Origin: a gamma proteobacterium HTCC2207
Lineage (GTDB): Bacteria; Pseudomonadota; Gammaproteobacteria; Pseudomonadales; Porticoccaceae
DNA: 64,000 nt
Assembly: GCA_905182855.1 (NCBI GenBank)
Contig: CAJJDA010000009.1
Coordinates: 189,309 to 253,308 of the forward strand
Direction of reading: 5' to 3'
Shown here: positions 22,362 through 33,321 of the stretch, piece by piece
Numbering within the stretch: position 1 is the first letter of the stretch
How the letters are laid out: each line of letters begins with the position of its first letter
Translations under genes and position numbers: made by a program
Notes under the pieces: generated by a model
The model's database searches: none
What the model was told of the DNA's origin: nothing
What the model saw: the letters and a program-made list of their open reading frames with translations, nothing else

Positions 22362-23536
22362 GGTACCTTCCCAAACAAAACCTCATTGCCAGCACTGGGG
22401 GCGCTGGGAATATTGCGAGCCAACAACAGACTGAGCACCGACATACCGGAGCCCATCAGAAAAACGGCCATCGGTGACACCAGCCAGACTAGCCCAAATA
22501 GTGCCGGAATGACGACCGCTGCAACATGGTTAATAGTAAAGGCTACACTCGCAGTAGACGCCATATCGGCTTGATCAGCGATTTTTTGAAAATAAGTTTT
22601 GATCGCGATAGCGAGAGAAAAGAACAGATGATCCGCGACATACAAACCCGCAGCCCAGGTTGCATCATTAACAAAAGCATAGGCCGTAAACACGCAAAAC
22701 AGCCCACAGTACTCAAAGGTCAGTGCACGGCGCTCGCCGATACGGCCCACCAAAGCGCCAACACGTCCAGCAAATGCCCAATTGAAAAGATGGTTGATAA
22801 TAAATAGGGCCGCAATATCACTGACGCTATAGCCAAACTTTTCCACCATCAAAAACCCGGCAAACACGGTAAAGATCTGTCTGCGGGCGCCCCCCATAAA
22901 TGTCAGGGCATAATATAGCCAATAACGCTTGCGCATCAGCAGATGTTTGCGCTGCGGCGTCTTACTTTTAAACCGGGGAAAGGCGAGCCACGTAAATAGC
23001 GTGAGACACAAACAGACGGAACCTCCGACTAGGTAGATCGTGCGATAGCTGAGTCCTAGCTGGTCCATAGCTAGCCACAAAAAGCTATAGGCCGCCAAAG
23101 AAGCCGCCGAACTCGCCGCGATAAGCTTGCCTAGCATAGCGGGGGCCTCATCGATACTAAACCACTGCAATGACAGGGATTGTTTTAATGTTTCGTAGTA
23201 ATGAAAGCCAACAGACATAATAAAAGTCGAAAAGTACAGCCCAAATACCGAGGGTAAATAACCGGTTATCGCAACACCAATACCCAGCAATGCAAGCGAT
23301 AGATACGCAAAGGTCTGCTCTTTTAGTATCAGCAGTACAAACACCGCCGTAAAGGCCAAAAATCCGGGAATTTCGCGTATGCTCTGCAACAGGCCAATCT
23401 CGGCGCCGGTAAAGGCCGCCTTTTCGATAACAAAGTTATTCAGCAGCGCCATCCAGGTGGCAAACCCGATAGTCATAGCCACTGACATTAGAACAAGTAG
23501 GTTCTTTGGCGTCTGCCAAGCTTTATTGGTTGACAT
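22262..23536 (-). CDS. MFS transporter
   Basis: About 12 TM helices; [10 protein letters not shown] and GRIGERRAL. Likely start MSTNK at 23536. Confidence 0.85.
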   Translation of the reverse strand: MSTNKAWQTPKNLLVLMSVAMTIGFATWMALLNNFVIEKAAFTGAEIGLLQSIREIPGFLAFTAVFVLLILKEQTFAYLSLALLGIGVAITGYLPSVFGLYFSTFIMSVGFHYYETLKQSLSLQWFSIDEAPAMLGKLIAASSAASLAAYSFLWLAMDQLGLSYRTIYLVGGSVCLCLTLFTWLAFPRFKSKTPQRKHLLMRKRYWLYYALTFMGGARRQIFTVFAGFLMVEKFGYSVSDIAALFIINHLFNWAFAGRVGALVGRIGERRALTFEYCGLFCVFTAYAFVNDATWAAGLYVADHLFFSLAIAIKTYFQKIADQADMASTASVAFTINHVAAVVIPALFGLVWLVSPMAVFLMGSGMSVLSLLLARNIPSAPSAGNEVLFGKVPYVEGIIGGRKGEFCALARNQLRLLSMAGCRAI

Positions 23537-24281
23537 TGTTCCTCTCAATCTGAAATTGAACATTGGCTTCCTGCGAATCCGGTAACTGCCATTCAATAGG
23601 CGCCTGAGCATTCATTTTTAAATAGCTGTTGGCTGAGGAGAAATGCTTACAGCCCAAAAACCCACGATGGGCTGACAGTGGCGACGGATGAGCGGAGCGC
23701 AAAACCAGATGGCGCGACTCATCAATAAATGCACCCTTCTTCTGCGCATAACTCCCCCATAAAAGAAAAACAATGCCATCGCGATGATCATTTAGGGCCT
23801 GAATAGCCCGGTCGGTAAACTGCTCCCAGCCTCTGCCTTGATGGGTGCCTGGGCAGGCCTGTTCGACAGTCAGCGTTGCATTTAACAACAAAACACCCTG
23901 CTCAGCCCAATGATTAAGACAGCCATGCGATGGCTTTGCAAAGCCCAAGTCAGACTCCAACTCTTTAAAAATGTTTAGTAAGGAAGGTGGGGGTTTCACC
24001 CCCGGCGGAACGGAGAAACATAATCCATGCGCCTGATCGGGACCATGGTAAGGATCCTGCCCGAGAATAACCACCCGCACCTTATTAAAAGCGGTGTTAT
24101 TAAAGGCTGCAAACCATACTGAACTCGGAGGATAGATAACCTTGCCCGCCTCTTTTTGACGCGTCAAAAATTCACTCAGCTCAGACATGTAACTTTTGTT
24201 AAACTCAGTGCCAAGTAACTTCCGCCAACTCGGGTCCTGTTTCGCCTCGCCTAGGCCAGCCATATCTAAATCAATCATCAA
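23523..24281 (-). CDS. ung: Uracil-DNA glycosylase
   Basis: Motifs [21 protein letters not shown]. Confidence 0.96.
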   Translation of the reverse strand: MMIDLDMAGLGEAKQDPSWRKLLGTEFNKSYMSELSEFLTRQKEAGKVIYPPSSVWFAAFNNTAFNKVRVVILGQDPYHGPDQAHGLCFSVPPGVKPPPSLLNIFKELESDLGFAKPSHGCLNHWAEQGVLLLNATLTVEQACPGTHQGRGWEQFTDRAIQALNDHRDGIVFLLWGSYAQKKGAFIDESRHLVLRSAHPSPLSAHRGFLGCKHFSSANSYLKMNAQAPIEWQLPDSQEANVQFQIERNNVNQ

Positions 24282-24333
24282 TCCAACCTAAATCTTTAAC
24301 TGCTTATACGTCGTCAATGATAACATATCACCC

Positions 24334-25668
24334 ATGATTACCGCTTCCACTTCGTCTATCTGGCGCCTGACTTGGCCGACCATCCTCAGCAATATTGCCT
24401 TTATGTTGATGGGACTTGTGTTTTTGAAAATAGCGGGTGGTATGGGTACCGATGAGGTAGCGGCAGCGACTACCGGACAGCGCCTATTTTTCATGTTCTA
24501 TGCCATTATGATGGGACTGTCCAGCGGCACAACGGCGATGGTCGGGCGCTACTGGGGAGCAGGTGACAAAAATCTCGCGGGTCGCTTGGCAGCTCTCTCG
24601 GTAGTCATTTTTTCCTTTGATGGCCTGCTACTGTGCTGGATCGCAATTCCCTTTCGTGAACAGCTCGTTGGTATCTTTGGCCTGACGCAGGAGAGTAATC
24701 GCCTCGCTGTCGAATTTGTATTTTGGACCATCCTCTTTGCGCCTGCGATGCTGGCTCAGATGGTACTTAGCTTTGCCCTGCGCGCTACGGGCGATACCGC
24801 TACGCCTTTGGCCATGGCGCTGATCAGCGTCATCCTTGGAGTCTATTGCGGTATAGCCTACACCTTTGGATGGCATGGCTTAGCGTCAAGAGGACTCTCT
24901 GGCCTGGCTATTGGAAGCGGTATTGGCGCCACGATTACTGTCGCTGGTTTTCTTGCTCTATGGGTCGGCGGCGCGCTGTCTTTTAAGCCTAAAAATCCGC
25001 TGCCAGACTTTATTTCTAATGGCAGAGCCTTGGTCAAAATTGGTATGCCCGCGGCCGCTGAGCAGATGTTTTTTCAAGCCGGCTTGCTAGTCTTTTTAGT
25101 CTTTCTGACCAGCTATGGCAACGCTGCATTCGCAACCTACGGCATTGGTTTGTCTATACTGGGCCTGATGATCGTTGTTGCCTACAGCTTTTCGATCTCC
25201 AGCGCTATATTGGTGAGCCAACATCTTGGCGCTGGCGACAAACAGGGTGCCTATGATGCGGCCAAAAAAACCGCCCGAACTAGCGTCTATTTAATGATCG
25301 TCGGCGGGGCTGTCATTAGTCTATTTGCCGAAGAGATCGCGCGCTTTATGATCGACGATCCAGAGGTAATTTCTCTGATGGTGCCCTTTATATATATCAT
25401 TAGCTGTAGCTTGCCGCTGATGGGTATAGAGTTCAGCATGGCTGGAGCTCTGCGTGGCGCCGGCGATACGCGCTATCCCATGATGGTTACCCTATTTAGT
25501 ATTGCCTTAAGCCGAGTATTGGTGCCATGGATACTGGTTAAGATGGGCGCAGATGTGATTTGGTTGTATGCCACTTCTCTGCTAGATTTTGGCATAAAAT
25601 CTAGTCTAAACACGATCCGATTCCGTAAGAAAGCGTGGTTAAACTTGAAAATTACGAACAACGAATGA
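24334..25668 (+). CDS. MATE family efflux transporter
   Basis: 12 TM helices; duplicated LRATGDT/LRGAGDT motifs. Confidence 0.9.
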   Translation: MITASTSSIWRLTWPTILSNIAFMLMGLVFLKIAGGMGTDEVAAATTGQRLFFMFYAIMMGLSSGTTAMVGRYWGAGDKNLAGRLAALSVVIFSFDGLLLCWIAIPFREQLVGIFGLTQESNRLAVEFVFWTILFAPAMLAQMVLSFALRATGDTATPLAMALISVILGVYCGIAYTFGWHGLASRGLSGLAIGSGIGATITVAGFLALWVGGALSFKPKNPLPDFISNGRALVKIGMPAAAEQMFFQAGLLVFLVFLTSYGNAAFATYGIGLSILGLMIVVAYSFSISSAILVSQHLGAGDKQGAYDAAKKTARTSVYLMIVGGAVISLFAEEIARFMIDDPEVISLMVPFIYIISCSLPLMGIEFSMAGALRGAGDTRYPMMVTLFSIALSRVLVPWILVKMGADVIWLYATSLLDFGIKSSLNTIRFRKKAWLNLKITNNE

Positions 25669-25677
25669 TTAGAGGTT

Positions 25678-26733
25678 ATGGTTAAAACTATTCAGTCCCC
25701 GAACCCGCAAGGCCAACACGATCGTCAAATTGCATACTGGCTTTTTTTCTGCGCAGCCGTTATTTTTGGGATGATTCTACTGGGCGGCATAACCCGCTTG
25801 ACTAGTTCAGGGCTTTCCATGGTCGATTGGAAGCCTATCATGGGTGTTATACCACCAATGACTCAGACCGACTGGCAAGAGATGTTTTTGAAATACCAGC
25901 AGTTTCCTGAGTACCAAAAAATCAACGTGGGCATGTCGCTAGAAGATTTTAAGCCGATCTTTATGTATGAGTATCTGCATCGAGTCCTTGGTAGACTTAT
26001 TGGTGTGATCTTCATCGTGCCCTTTTTATTCTTTTATTTCAGTCGCCGTATTAAGACTGGGCTCACGCCGAAGCTCGTTATTATGTTGATTGGCGGTGGT
26101 TGTCAGGGTTTGCTAGGCTGGTACATGGTTAAGAGTGGCTTGGTCGACAACCCCCATGTAAGTCAGTACAGACTTACGGCACATCTGGGCGCAGCAGTTC
26201 TGATCTACGGCTTTATTCTGTGGACGGCCTTCGGCTTAGTTCTAACAGCTCGGGCACAGCCGGTCGAGTTACAGCGATTTTCCATTGGGTTAAGTGCACT
26301 GATATATCTAATGATTCTGTCCGGTGGCCTGGTGGCTGGCACCCATGCCGGGAATGCCTATTCCACCTGGCCTCTGATGGGCGATAGCTTTGTACCCGCT
26401 GGGCTCTATGCCATGACGCCCGCTTGGCTATCCGCCTTTGAAGACATCACCACCATACAGTTTAACCACCGTATGTTCGCCTATTTAATTGTTGCACTGG
26501 TTGTGGCTTTTGCTATCAGGGCCTTTAGATTTGGCATCGTAGGCCGCCTCAAAGTAGGCATTTTTTGCCTCATAGGCTTACTCGGTATGCAAGTAACGCT
26601 GGGGATCAGTACATTGATTTTTTATGTTCCCATCCCCGTTGCAGCGGCCCATCAAGTTGGCGCTGTCGCGCTATTAACTGCATCCTTATTTATCAGCCAT
26701 TGCCTAAGTAATGGACTACGTCATTCGAATTAA
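25678..26733 (+). CDS. ctaA: Heme A synthase, COX15/CtaA type 2
   Basis: Motifs GGITRLTSSGLS, YEYLHR, QFNHR, AAHQ. Confidence 0.92.
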   Translation: MVKTIQSPNPQGQHDRQIAYWLFFCAAVIFGMILLGGITRLTSSGLSMVDWKPIMGVIPPMTQTDWQEMFLKYQQFPEYQKINVGMSLEDFKPIFMYEYLHRVLGRLIGVIFIVPFLFFYFSRRIKTGLTPKLVIMLIGGGCQGLLGWYMVKSGLVDNPHVSQYRLTAHLGAAVLIYGFILWTAFGLVLTARAQPVELQRFSIGLSALIYLMILSGGLVAGTHAGNAYSTWPLMGDSFVPAGLYAMTPAWLSAFEDITTIQFNHRMFAYLIVALVVAFAIRAFRFGIVGRLKVGIFCLIGLLGMQVTLGISTLIFYVPIPVAAAHQVGAVALLTASLFISHCLSNGLRHSN

Positions 26734-26749
26734 TCAACGGAGAAATACC

Positions 26750-27046
26750 ATGAAAAAACTTGTCATTACAATGTTCGTAGCCACCCTTTCACTGGGTGCC
26801 CTAGCCGGAGATCCGGTAGCAGGCAAAGCCAAATCAATGACCTGTGCGGGCTGTCACGGCGCGGCAGGAATCAGCAATAACGGTATGTGGCCAAATCTGG
26901 CGGGGCAAAAAGAAGCCTACCTCGCTAGCCAATTGAAAATGTTCAGAGATGGGAAACGCAACAATCCCATGATGTCCGCGATGTCTAAAGGCCTGTCCGA
27001 TGCCGATATTGCCAATCTTGCCGCCTACTATGCAGGCCTGAAGTAA
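26750..27046 (+). CDS. Monoheme cytochrome c (c553/c554-like)
   Basis: Signal peptide, CAGCHG, PNLAGQ, axial Met in NPMM. Confidence 0.9.
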   Translation: MKKLVITMFVATLSLGALAGDPVAGKAKSMTCAGCHGAAGISNNGMWPNLAGQKEAYLASQLKMFRDGKRNNPMMSAMSKGLSDADIANLAAYYAGLK

Positions 27047-27273
27047 GCCTGCGGGAGTGTGTACTTACAAATGCTGCATTACCTTCAAGGGGGGATCTTC
27101 GCAAAATCAGATGCTAGCTGCGGTGTTTTGACAATAGTGTTATTGTTTTCGGCCCTGATAAATGACTTTACCGGTTATATTGGGCCGCGTCCCCTTTACC
27201 TTAGTAGCCCTTAACCTCACCGCTCTATTTACCGAGATTAGACAAACACCTTGCTTAGCTCCCTTACAGCGAT

Positions 27274-27301
27274 TTGTTTGTTAATATAGACTGCGTATAA
27301 T
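27274..27301 (+). promoter_or_regulatory. Putative sigma70 promoter of the ferredoxin gene, overlapping an operator half-site (TGTTTGTT, 27275-27282)
   Basis: TTGTTT-N16-TATAAT. Confidence 0.45.
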
Positions 27302-27484
27302 GGGGCTCAGTTGCAATAAAAACGATTCGACAGGCACCAAGGCTTTTAGTCATTGGGTCATCTGGCGCCGACTCAATCTAAGGCACATCATTTATTATTC
27401 ACAATTGCTCATAGGCAATGGCAGCCCCCATTGCTTTGCATCATTGTTAACACATTTTAATTCATTTATTAACGGAGTTTAGGC

Positions 27485-27805
27485 ATGCCCACAGTCACCT
27501 ACATACAAGCCAATGGCAGCAGCCAAGAAATTGATCTCGCACCTGGCACTAGCCTGATGCAAGGCGCCATCGACAACCTAGTGGAGGGTATACTTGCCGA
27601 ATGCGGGGGCTCCTGTAGTTGTGCTACCTGCCACTGCTACATTGATGAGAGCTGGACCGATAAGCTTGAGCCACCGACTGACATGGAAGCCGACCTCCTG
27701 ACCTGTGTTACCGACCTCAGAGATGCTAGCCGTCTCTCCTGTCAAATTAACATTACTGAGGCCCTCGACGGTCTTGTAGTGCATTTACCTGAATCACAAT
27801 TTTAA
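27485..27805 (+). CDS. 2Fe-2S ferredoxin, putidaredoxin/adrenodoxin type
   Basis: Motifs ECGGSCSCATCHC and SRLSCQI. Confidence 0.93.
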   Translation: MPTVTYIQANGSSQEIDLAPGTSLMQGAIDNLVEGILAECGGSCSCATCHCYIDESWTDKLEPPTDMEADLLTCVTDLRDASRLSCQINITEALDGLVVHLPESQF

Positions 27806-28064
27806 CAGCCTCCTGTCACATTTCTGCAATAAGCCAGCTATCGCAAATAGTCATCCTACTTGTTCACACCGCAAGAAAGATGACTTAAAGACTTACGCTA
27901 CTATGCATAAAAAAATTATGGTGTCATTGTTTTTTAGTAGCTCACAGGCTGTCAAAATTCAGCGGCGCTTAGGCCTACTGCAACTCGCCTAAGAGGACAG
28001 AATATCAGCCGCTAAAAAAAAGACTCGCCGCATATCACTCAGGCTTTGCTGAGGGTTAGGCAAA

Positions 28065-28084
28065 AACCATCTTCTTTGTTTGTT
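28065..28084. promoter_or_regulatory. Putative operator, site 1 (AACCATCT-TCTT-TGTTTGTT), overlapping the -35 of TTGTTT-N16-TATAGT
   Basis: Matches the palindrome shared by six island promoter regions. Confidence 0.6.
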
Positions 28085-28146
28085 TTTTAATCGAAACAAG
28101 GTATAGTTTAAAACGCCTTCAACTAATAAATAAAAGGGGCATTTTA

Positions 28147-29118
28147 ATGCCATATCAAAAAGATTTTCTGCTCAAAGCCTACCGCTCGATGAAGACCATC
28201 CGAGAATTCGAAGAGCGCTGTGTCAAAGAGTTTGAGGGGGGTAATATTCCCGGTTTCGTCCATGTGTCAAATGGCCAAGAAGCCATTGCCGTTGCAGCCT
28301 GTATTGACCTCAGCGATAAAGATATCATCGGTAGCACCCACCGCGGGCACGGCCATTGCATTGCCAAAGGCTGTGACATTGGCGCCATGATGAAAGAAAT
28401 CATGGGTAGAGTTACCGGTCTTTGTAAAGGCAAAGGGGGCTCTATGCACATCGCCGATATAGACAAAGGGATGCTCGGTGCTAACGCCATTGTTGGAGGC
28501 GGTCCTCCTTTAGTGAATGGTGCTGCCCTAGCAGCCAAGACTCTAGGCACTAAAAATATCGCCCTCTCTTTTAATGGTGACGGAAGTGCCAATCAGGGGA
28601 CGGTAATGGAAGCCATGAATATGGCGGTTGTGTTGCAGCTACCCCATGTCTTTGTTTACGAAAACAATGGTTATGCCGAAGGCACTGCCGCTAACTATGG
28701 CTTGGGCTGCGACAGCCTGACCGATCGCAATGCCGGCTTTGGTATGCCAGCTGAGTGCATCGATGGCCTGGACTTCTTTGTCACCTATGAAGCGCTGAAA
28801 GTGGCGACCCAGCGTGCACGCGATGGCGGTGGCCCGTCGGCAATAGAAGCCATGTGCGTGCGCTTTGATGGTCACTTTATTGGCGACCCACAACTTTACC
28901 GCGGCACCAATGAGATTAAAGATGCACGTAAGACTCAGGATTGCTTAAAGATCTTCCGTCAGCGCGTTGTCGCCGAAGGCTGGCTAACAGCCGCAACCAT
29001 GAATGCAATTGATAAAGAAATCATGGTCGAAATAGAAAAAGCTGTTGCCGACGCTCTAACTGCGCCGCACCCAGATCCCGCCACGGACCTTATGTCCGAC
29101 GTCTACTGCTCTTACTAA
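28147..29118 (+). CDS. acoA: TPP-dependent dehydrogenase E1 alpha (acetoin dehydrogenase AcoA-like)
   Basis: Motifs IPGFVH, STHRGHGH, GKGGSMH, GDG...NN TPP motif, RFDGHFIGDPQ. Confidence 0.85.
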   Translation: MPYQKDFLLKAYRSMKTIREFEERCVKEFEGGNIPGFVHVSNGQEAIAVAACIDLSDKDIIGSTHRGHGHCIAKGCDIGAMMKEIMGRVTGLCKGKGGSMHIADIDKGMLGANAIVGGGPPLVNGAALAAKTLGTKNIALSFNGDGSANQGTVMEAMNMAVVLQLPHVFVYENNGYAEGTAANYGLGCDSLTDRNAGFGMPAECIDGLDFFVTYEALKVATQRARDGGGPSAIEAMCVRFDGHFIGDPQLYRGTNEIKDARKTQDCLKIFRQRVVAEGWLTAATMNAIDKEIMVEIEKAVADALTAPHPDPATDLMSDVYCSY

Positions 29119-29128
29119 TGGTGTCAAA

Positions 29129-30175
29129 ATGACTAACTATTCTAATGATCCAAAAATAGCCGGCAAGTCCTCATTAAAAACTATCCGCGAAGCGATAAAC
29201 GACGCACTCAGAGCTGAGATGCGCCGTGACCCGACTGTTATCGTACTCGGTGAAGAAGTGTCTGGTGGCGCGGGCTGCCCCGGAGAGGACGATGCCTACG
29301 GCGGTGTTTTCGGCGTTACCAAAGGTCTTATGCCTGAGTTTGGCCGCGAGAGAGTTATCGACACCCCCATCAGTGAAGCCGCCATTATTGGCGCTGCTGC
29401 CGGTGCCGCCAACAATGGTCTACGGCCGGTAGCAGAACTCATGTTCTTCGACTTTATCGGCGTCTCTTTTGATCAGATTTTTAACCAGACTGCTAAGTTT
29501 CGCTACATGTTCGGCGGCAAATCAAAGACTCCTCTGGTTATTCGAGCTACAGTCGGTGGCGGTTGGCGCGCTGGTGCTCAGCACTCCAGTATGCTGCATT
29601 CAATCGTTACCCATATAGCCGGATTAAAAGTGGTAATGCCCAGCAATGCCTACGATGCAAAAGGTTTAATGGTGCAGGCCATTCGCGATGACGATCCGAT
29701 TATTTTTCTCGAACACAAAACAATGTACGACAATACCTGTGAAGTGCCGGACGAGCAGTATGCCATTCCCTTTGGGGAAGCTGCATTCCCTAGGCACGGC
29801 ACAGACGTTACTATTGTTGCCATATCCAATATGGTCACTCGAGCTATTGAAGCGGCCGACATCCTGGCTAAAGAAGGAATCAGCTGCGAAGTAATAGATC
29901 CTCGCACCGTTTCTCCATTGGATGATGAAGCTATTCTTGAGAGCGTTGAAGTGACCGGCAGATTAGTGGTCGTAGACGAGGGTAATCCGCGCTGCGGGCT
30001 TGCCTCCGACATCGCTGGCATAGTCGCCGAGAAAGGTTTTCACAGCCTGATAGCGCCAATTCGCACTGTCACTGCGCCGCACACACCGGTTCCCTTTGCA
30101 CCAGAATTAGAAGATGCCTACATACCCAGTGTAGAAAAAATTCTTGCTGCAGTCCGCGAAGTAATAGGAGGTTAG
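29129..30175 (+). CDS. acoB: E1 beta (AcoB-like)
   Basis: Motifs DTPISE, RPVAELMF, AQHS, EHK, PHTPVPFAPELE. Confidence 0.85.
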   Translation: MTNYSNDPKIAGKSSLKTIREAINDALRAEMRRDPTVIVLGEEVSGGAGCPGEDDAYGGVFGVTKGLMPEFGRERVIDTPISEAAIIGAAAGAANNGLRPVAELMFFDFIGVSFDQIFNQTAKFRYMFGGKSKTPLVIRATVGGGWRAGAQHSSMLHSIVTHIAGLKVVMPSNAYDAKGLMVQAIRDDDPIIFLEHKTMYDNTCEVPDEQYAIPFGEAAFPRHGTDVTIVAISNMVTRAIEAADILAKEGISCEVIDPRTVSPLDDEAILESVEVTGRLVVVDEGNPRCGLASDIAGIVAEKGFHSLIAPIRTVTAPHTPVPFAPELEDAYIPSVEKILAAVREVIGG

Positions 30176-30177
30176 GC

Positions 30178-31911
30178 ATGACAGAAAACATCAAGGCAAT
30201 CAATATGCCCAAATGGGGCATGGAAATGTCAGAGGGCGATGTCACTGCCTGGCACGCCTCAATCGGTGATCAGGTTAGTGTCGGCGACGATTTAATCGAT
30301 GTCGAAACCAGCAAAATCGTCAACACAGTGACCTCTCCCGATAGTGGCATACTCAGAGCTATAGTGGCAGATCCTGGTGAGACCTGCGCTGTCGGGGACC
30401 TTCTGGGTGTGCTGGCATCTGCAGATACTAGCGATGAAGATATCAAGGCGTTTATAGCCAGCCGCTCAGCGGGAACAGTCGCCAAGGAGGCAGAACCTGC
30501 GCCAATAGTGCAGGAGCCCGCCCCTGCGGTGGCTGAGCCTGTACAAGAAATTGCGCTGGCGGCGCCAATTGCTCCAATTGCTGCAATGGTGTCGAGTGAA
30601 GCCACAGCTATGGCGACCCTCGCCGACGGCGACGATGACAGTGCTGTAGCTGCCTCTCCGGTAGCACGTCGTCTCGCAGAAGAGTACGGTGTGAATTTAA
30701 ATAATATTTCGGGTACAGGCCGCCATGGACGCGTATCTAAAAGCGACCTTGAATCTGCGATTACCGACGCTGGTGGCGTTTTAGCGGGCGCCAGCTCGGT
30801 TCGAGCTCCCGGCCTCACCGATTCGAAATCACTGGCCGACGGCGTCGATGATAGCAATGTCTCGGCCTCCCCAGTAGCCCGTCGTTTGGCAATAGAGTAT
30901 GGCGTGAATCTGAACAATATCTCGGGCACGGGCCGCCATGGTCGCGTATCCAAGAGCGATCTTGAAAATGCAGTAACTGCCGCCGGTGGAGAATTAATCC
31001 GTACTAACAACACGGCCAGTACTGTAGTGAAACTGGGTGATGATAGCCATATTAAAGCCACGCCAGTGGCACGGAGGTTGGCAGAAGAGTTAGGGGTCAA
31101 CTTATTAGAATGCCGCGTAAGTGGTGATCGAGGTCGGGTCTGTAAAGCCGATGTGGAAGCCGTTGCCGCTCGCAAAAATAAGCCGTTAGCGCCATCCATC
31201 GACACCTCTGGTTCAATCACTATTGAAAGTCCTTTTGAGTCTGAGGTTTTGACCGGCATGCGCAAGACTATCGCCGGTCGCCTGCAATCCTCTAAGCAAA
31301 CTGCACCCCATTTTCGCGTCCAAATCGATGCCGAAATAGACGCCCTTCTAGCGGTGCGAAAGCAAATAAATGCTGCAAACTCAGCGGCTAAAGTCTCGGT
31401 GAATGATTTTATGGTCAAGGCCTGCGCTGCGGCACTAATGCAAGTCCCTGCAATCAATGTTCAATTCGATGGTGAACAGGTCAAATATTTCAAAGATGCA
31501 GACATTTCCGTTGCCGTTGCCGTTGCCGATGGTTTGATAACACCTATAGTCAGCAGCGCTAATCACAAGGGTTTAATAGCCATCTCTAATGAAGTGCGTG
31601 ATCTGGCGACCAGAGCGAAAATTAACCGCCTCAAGCCTGCTGAATTTGTGGGCGGCAGTTTTTGTATTTCTAATCTCGGCATGTTTGGCATCAAACAATT
31701 TGACGCCATCATTAACCCCCCTCAGGGTGCCATTCTGGCCGTGGGTACCGGAGAACAGCGTCCAGTGGTGAAGGAGGGTCAACTCAGTATTGCGACTGTG
31801 GTCAGCCTGACTTTATCCAGCGATCATCGCATTATTGATGGCGCCGTAGCCGCACAATTTATGTCCATCCTCAAGGGCTATTTGGAACAACCAGCAACCA
31901 TGCTGGGTTAA
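30178..31911 (+). CDS. acoC: Dihydrolipoamide acyltransferase E2 (AcoC-like): one lipoyl domain, three E3/E1-binding domains, catalytic domain
   Basis: Lipoyl site VETSKI, three (S/T)PVARRLA..GR repeats, DHRIIDG. Confidence 0.85.
   Translation: MTENIKAINMPKWGMEMSEGDVTAWHASIGDQVSVGDDLIDVETSKIVNTVTSPDSGILRAIVADPGETCAVGDLLGVLASADTSDEDIKAFIASRSAGTVAKEAEPAPIVQEPAPAVAEPVQEIALAAPIAPIAAMVSSEATAMATLADGDDDSAVAASPVARRLAEEYGVNLNNISGTGRHGRVSKSDLESAITDAGGVLAGASSVRAPGLTDSKSLADGVDDSNVSASPVARRLAIEYGVNLNNISGTGRHGRVSKSDLENAVTAAGGELIRTNNTASTVVKLGDDSHIKATPVARRLAEELGVNLLECRVSGDRGRVCKADVEAVAARKNKPLAPSIDTSGSITIESPFESEVLTGMRKTIAGRLQSSKQTAPHFRVQIDAEIDALLAVRKQINAANSAAKVSVNDFMVKACAAALMQVPAINVQFDGEQVKYFKDADISVAVAVADGLITPIVSSANHKGLIAISNEVRDLATRAKINRLKPAEFVGGSFCISNLGMFGIKQFDAIINPPQGAILAVGTGEQRPVVKEGQLSIATVVSLTLSSDHRIIDGAVAAQFMSILKGYLEQPATMLG
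30619..30990 (+). repeat. Internal tandem duplication (period 213 bp) of the peripheral subunit-binding domain
   Basis: Near-identical ASPVARRLAxEYGVNLNNISGTGRHGRVSKSDLE units starting near 30619 and 30832. Confidence 0.9.
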
Positions 31912-31914
31912 GGA

Positions 31915-33312
31915 GTGGACATGCAACAGTATGATCTAATGATAGTTGGCGGCGGCCCAGGTGGCTATGTTGCAGCTATCCGTGGCGCTCAGTTAGGCTT
32001 CAAGACAGCATTGGTAGAACGAGAGCACCTCGGGGGTGTCTGCTTAAATTGGGGCTGTATACCCACCAAAGCCATGCTGCGGGGTGCCGATATCGCACAC
32101 ACGCTAAAAGAGGCCGAGCACTTCGGTTTCACCATTGATAATGTTAGCTTTGATATCAATAAACTGGTGCAGCACAGTCGTTCGGTGGCGAGCAAACTCA
32201 GTCAGGGTGTTGCCTACCTGATGCAAAAAAACAATATTACTGTGATTGACGGCACAGCTAGTCTGGCCGACAAATGTCGCCTCGAAGTGACCCACAATGG
32301 CGCAGTAACCCAATATAATGCCACGCATATTATCCTCGCTACTGGCGCTCGCGCTCGCAACCTGCCTAATATCGAGATCGACGGTGACTTTATCTGGGGT
32401 GCTCGAGAAGCCATGACACCCACTGCCCTGCCAAACAACCTTCTGGTTATTGGCGCTGGCGCTATTGGTGTCGAATTCGCCAGTATGTATAACGACTTAG
32501 GGACCAATGTCACTCTCGTTGAAGCAGAGACACGCATCACCCCTGCCGAAGACATTGAGATCTCACAGATCGCGGAAAAATCCTTTCAGAAGCGAGGTAT
32601 TAAAGTTCTTACCAACAGTCTGGTTGAATCCGTTGAGCGCGCTGGCACGGGCAGTGTGGCGAGAATTAACGGCCCCGACGGTAAACAGGAACTGGCGTTT
32701 GACCAAGTGATTTTAGCCGTGGGAATCAGAGGCAATATTGAGAGTCTAGGCCTGGAGAAACATGGAGTCCATATGGACAAGGGCTTTTTAATTGCCGACC
32801 AATTTGGCAAGACCAACCTAGCTGGTTTATACGCTGTTGGGGACGTCGCAGGGCCACCTTGGCTAGCCCATAAAGCGAGCCATGAAGCCGTTATCTGTGT
32901 CGAAAAAATAGCCGGTGTTGACGGAGTCAAGCCGCTAAATAAAGATCGCGTGCCGGGCTGTACCTATTGCCGCCCGCAAATAGCCAGTGTCGGACTCACG
33001 GAGGCGCAGGCTGCCGCGGCAGGCCACAGTACCAGAGTGGGCCGCTTTAATCTTAGTGCCAACGGTAAAGCTCTGGCCATTAATGAAGGCGAAGGAATGG
33101 TCAAAACAGTTTTCGATAGCAACACCGGCGAACTACTTGGCGCCCACATGATTGGTGCCGAAGTCACAGAACAGATTCAGGGGTTTGGTATCGCGCAACA
33201 GCTTGAGGCTACAGAGCAGGAACTAGCCCACACTATTTACGCACACCCCACAGTATCTGAAAGCATGCATGAGTCTGTATTAGACAGTCTCGGGCTTTCA
33301 ATTCATCAGTAG
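31915..33312 (+). CDS. lpdA: Dihydrolipoamide dehydrogenase E3
   Basis: Motifs GGGPGG, GGVCLNWGCIPTK, HPTVSE. Confidence 0.92.
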   Translation: MDMQQYDLMIVGGGPGGYVAAIRGAQLGFKTALVEREHLGGVCLNWGCIPTKAMLRGADIAHTLKEAEHFGFTIDNVSFDINKLVQHSRSVASKLSQGVAYLMQKNNITVIDGTASLADKCRLEVTHNGAVTQYNATHIILATGARARNLPNIEIDGDFIWGAREAMTPTALPNNLLVIGAGAIGVEFASMYNDLGTNVTLVEAETRITPAEDIEISQIAEKSFQKRGIKVLTNSLVESVERAGTGSVARINGPDGKQELAFDQVILAVGIRGNIESLGLEKHGVHMDKGFLIADQFGKTNLAGLYAVGDVAGPPWLAHKASHEAVICVEKIAGVDGVKPLNKDRVPGCTYCRPQIASVGLTEAQAAAAGHSTRVGRFNLSANGKALAINEGEGMVKTVFDSNTGELLGAHMIGAEVTEQIQGFGIAQQLEATEQELAHTIYAHPTVSESMHESVLDSLGLSIHQ

Positions 33313-33321
33313 AGTTTATTT

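Noticed and set aside
27047-27484. Mobile-element boundary of the island, and the 60-aa ORF 27300-27482
   Set aside because: No integrase, transposase, tRNA or direct repeat is visible. The small ORF starts inside the predicted -10 and has no RBS or motif.
30270-31457. 395-aa antisense ORF
   Set aside because: It is a shadow of the Ala-rich acoC frame with no recognisable motifs. The same applies to the other short antisense ORFs in the track.
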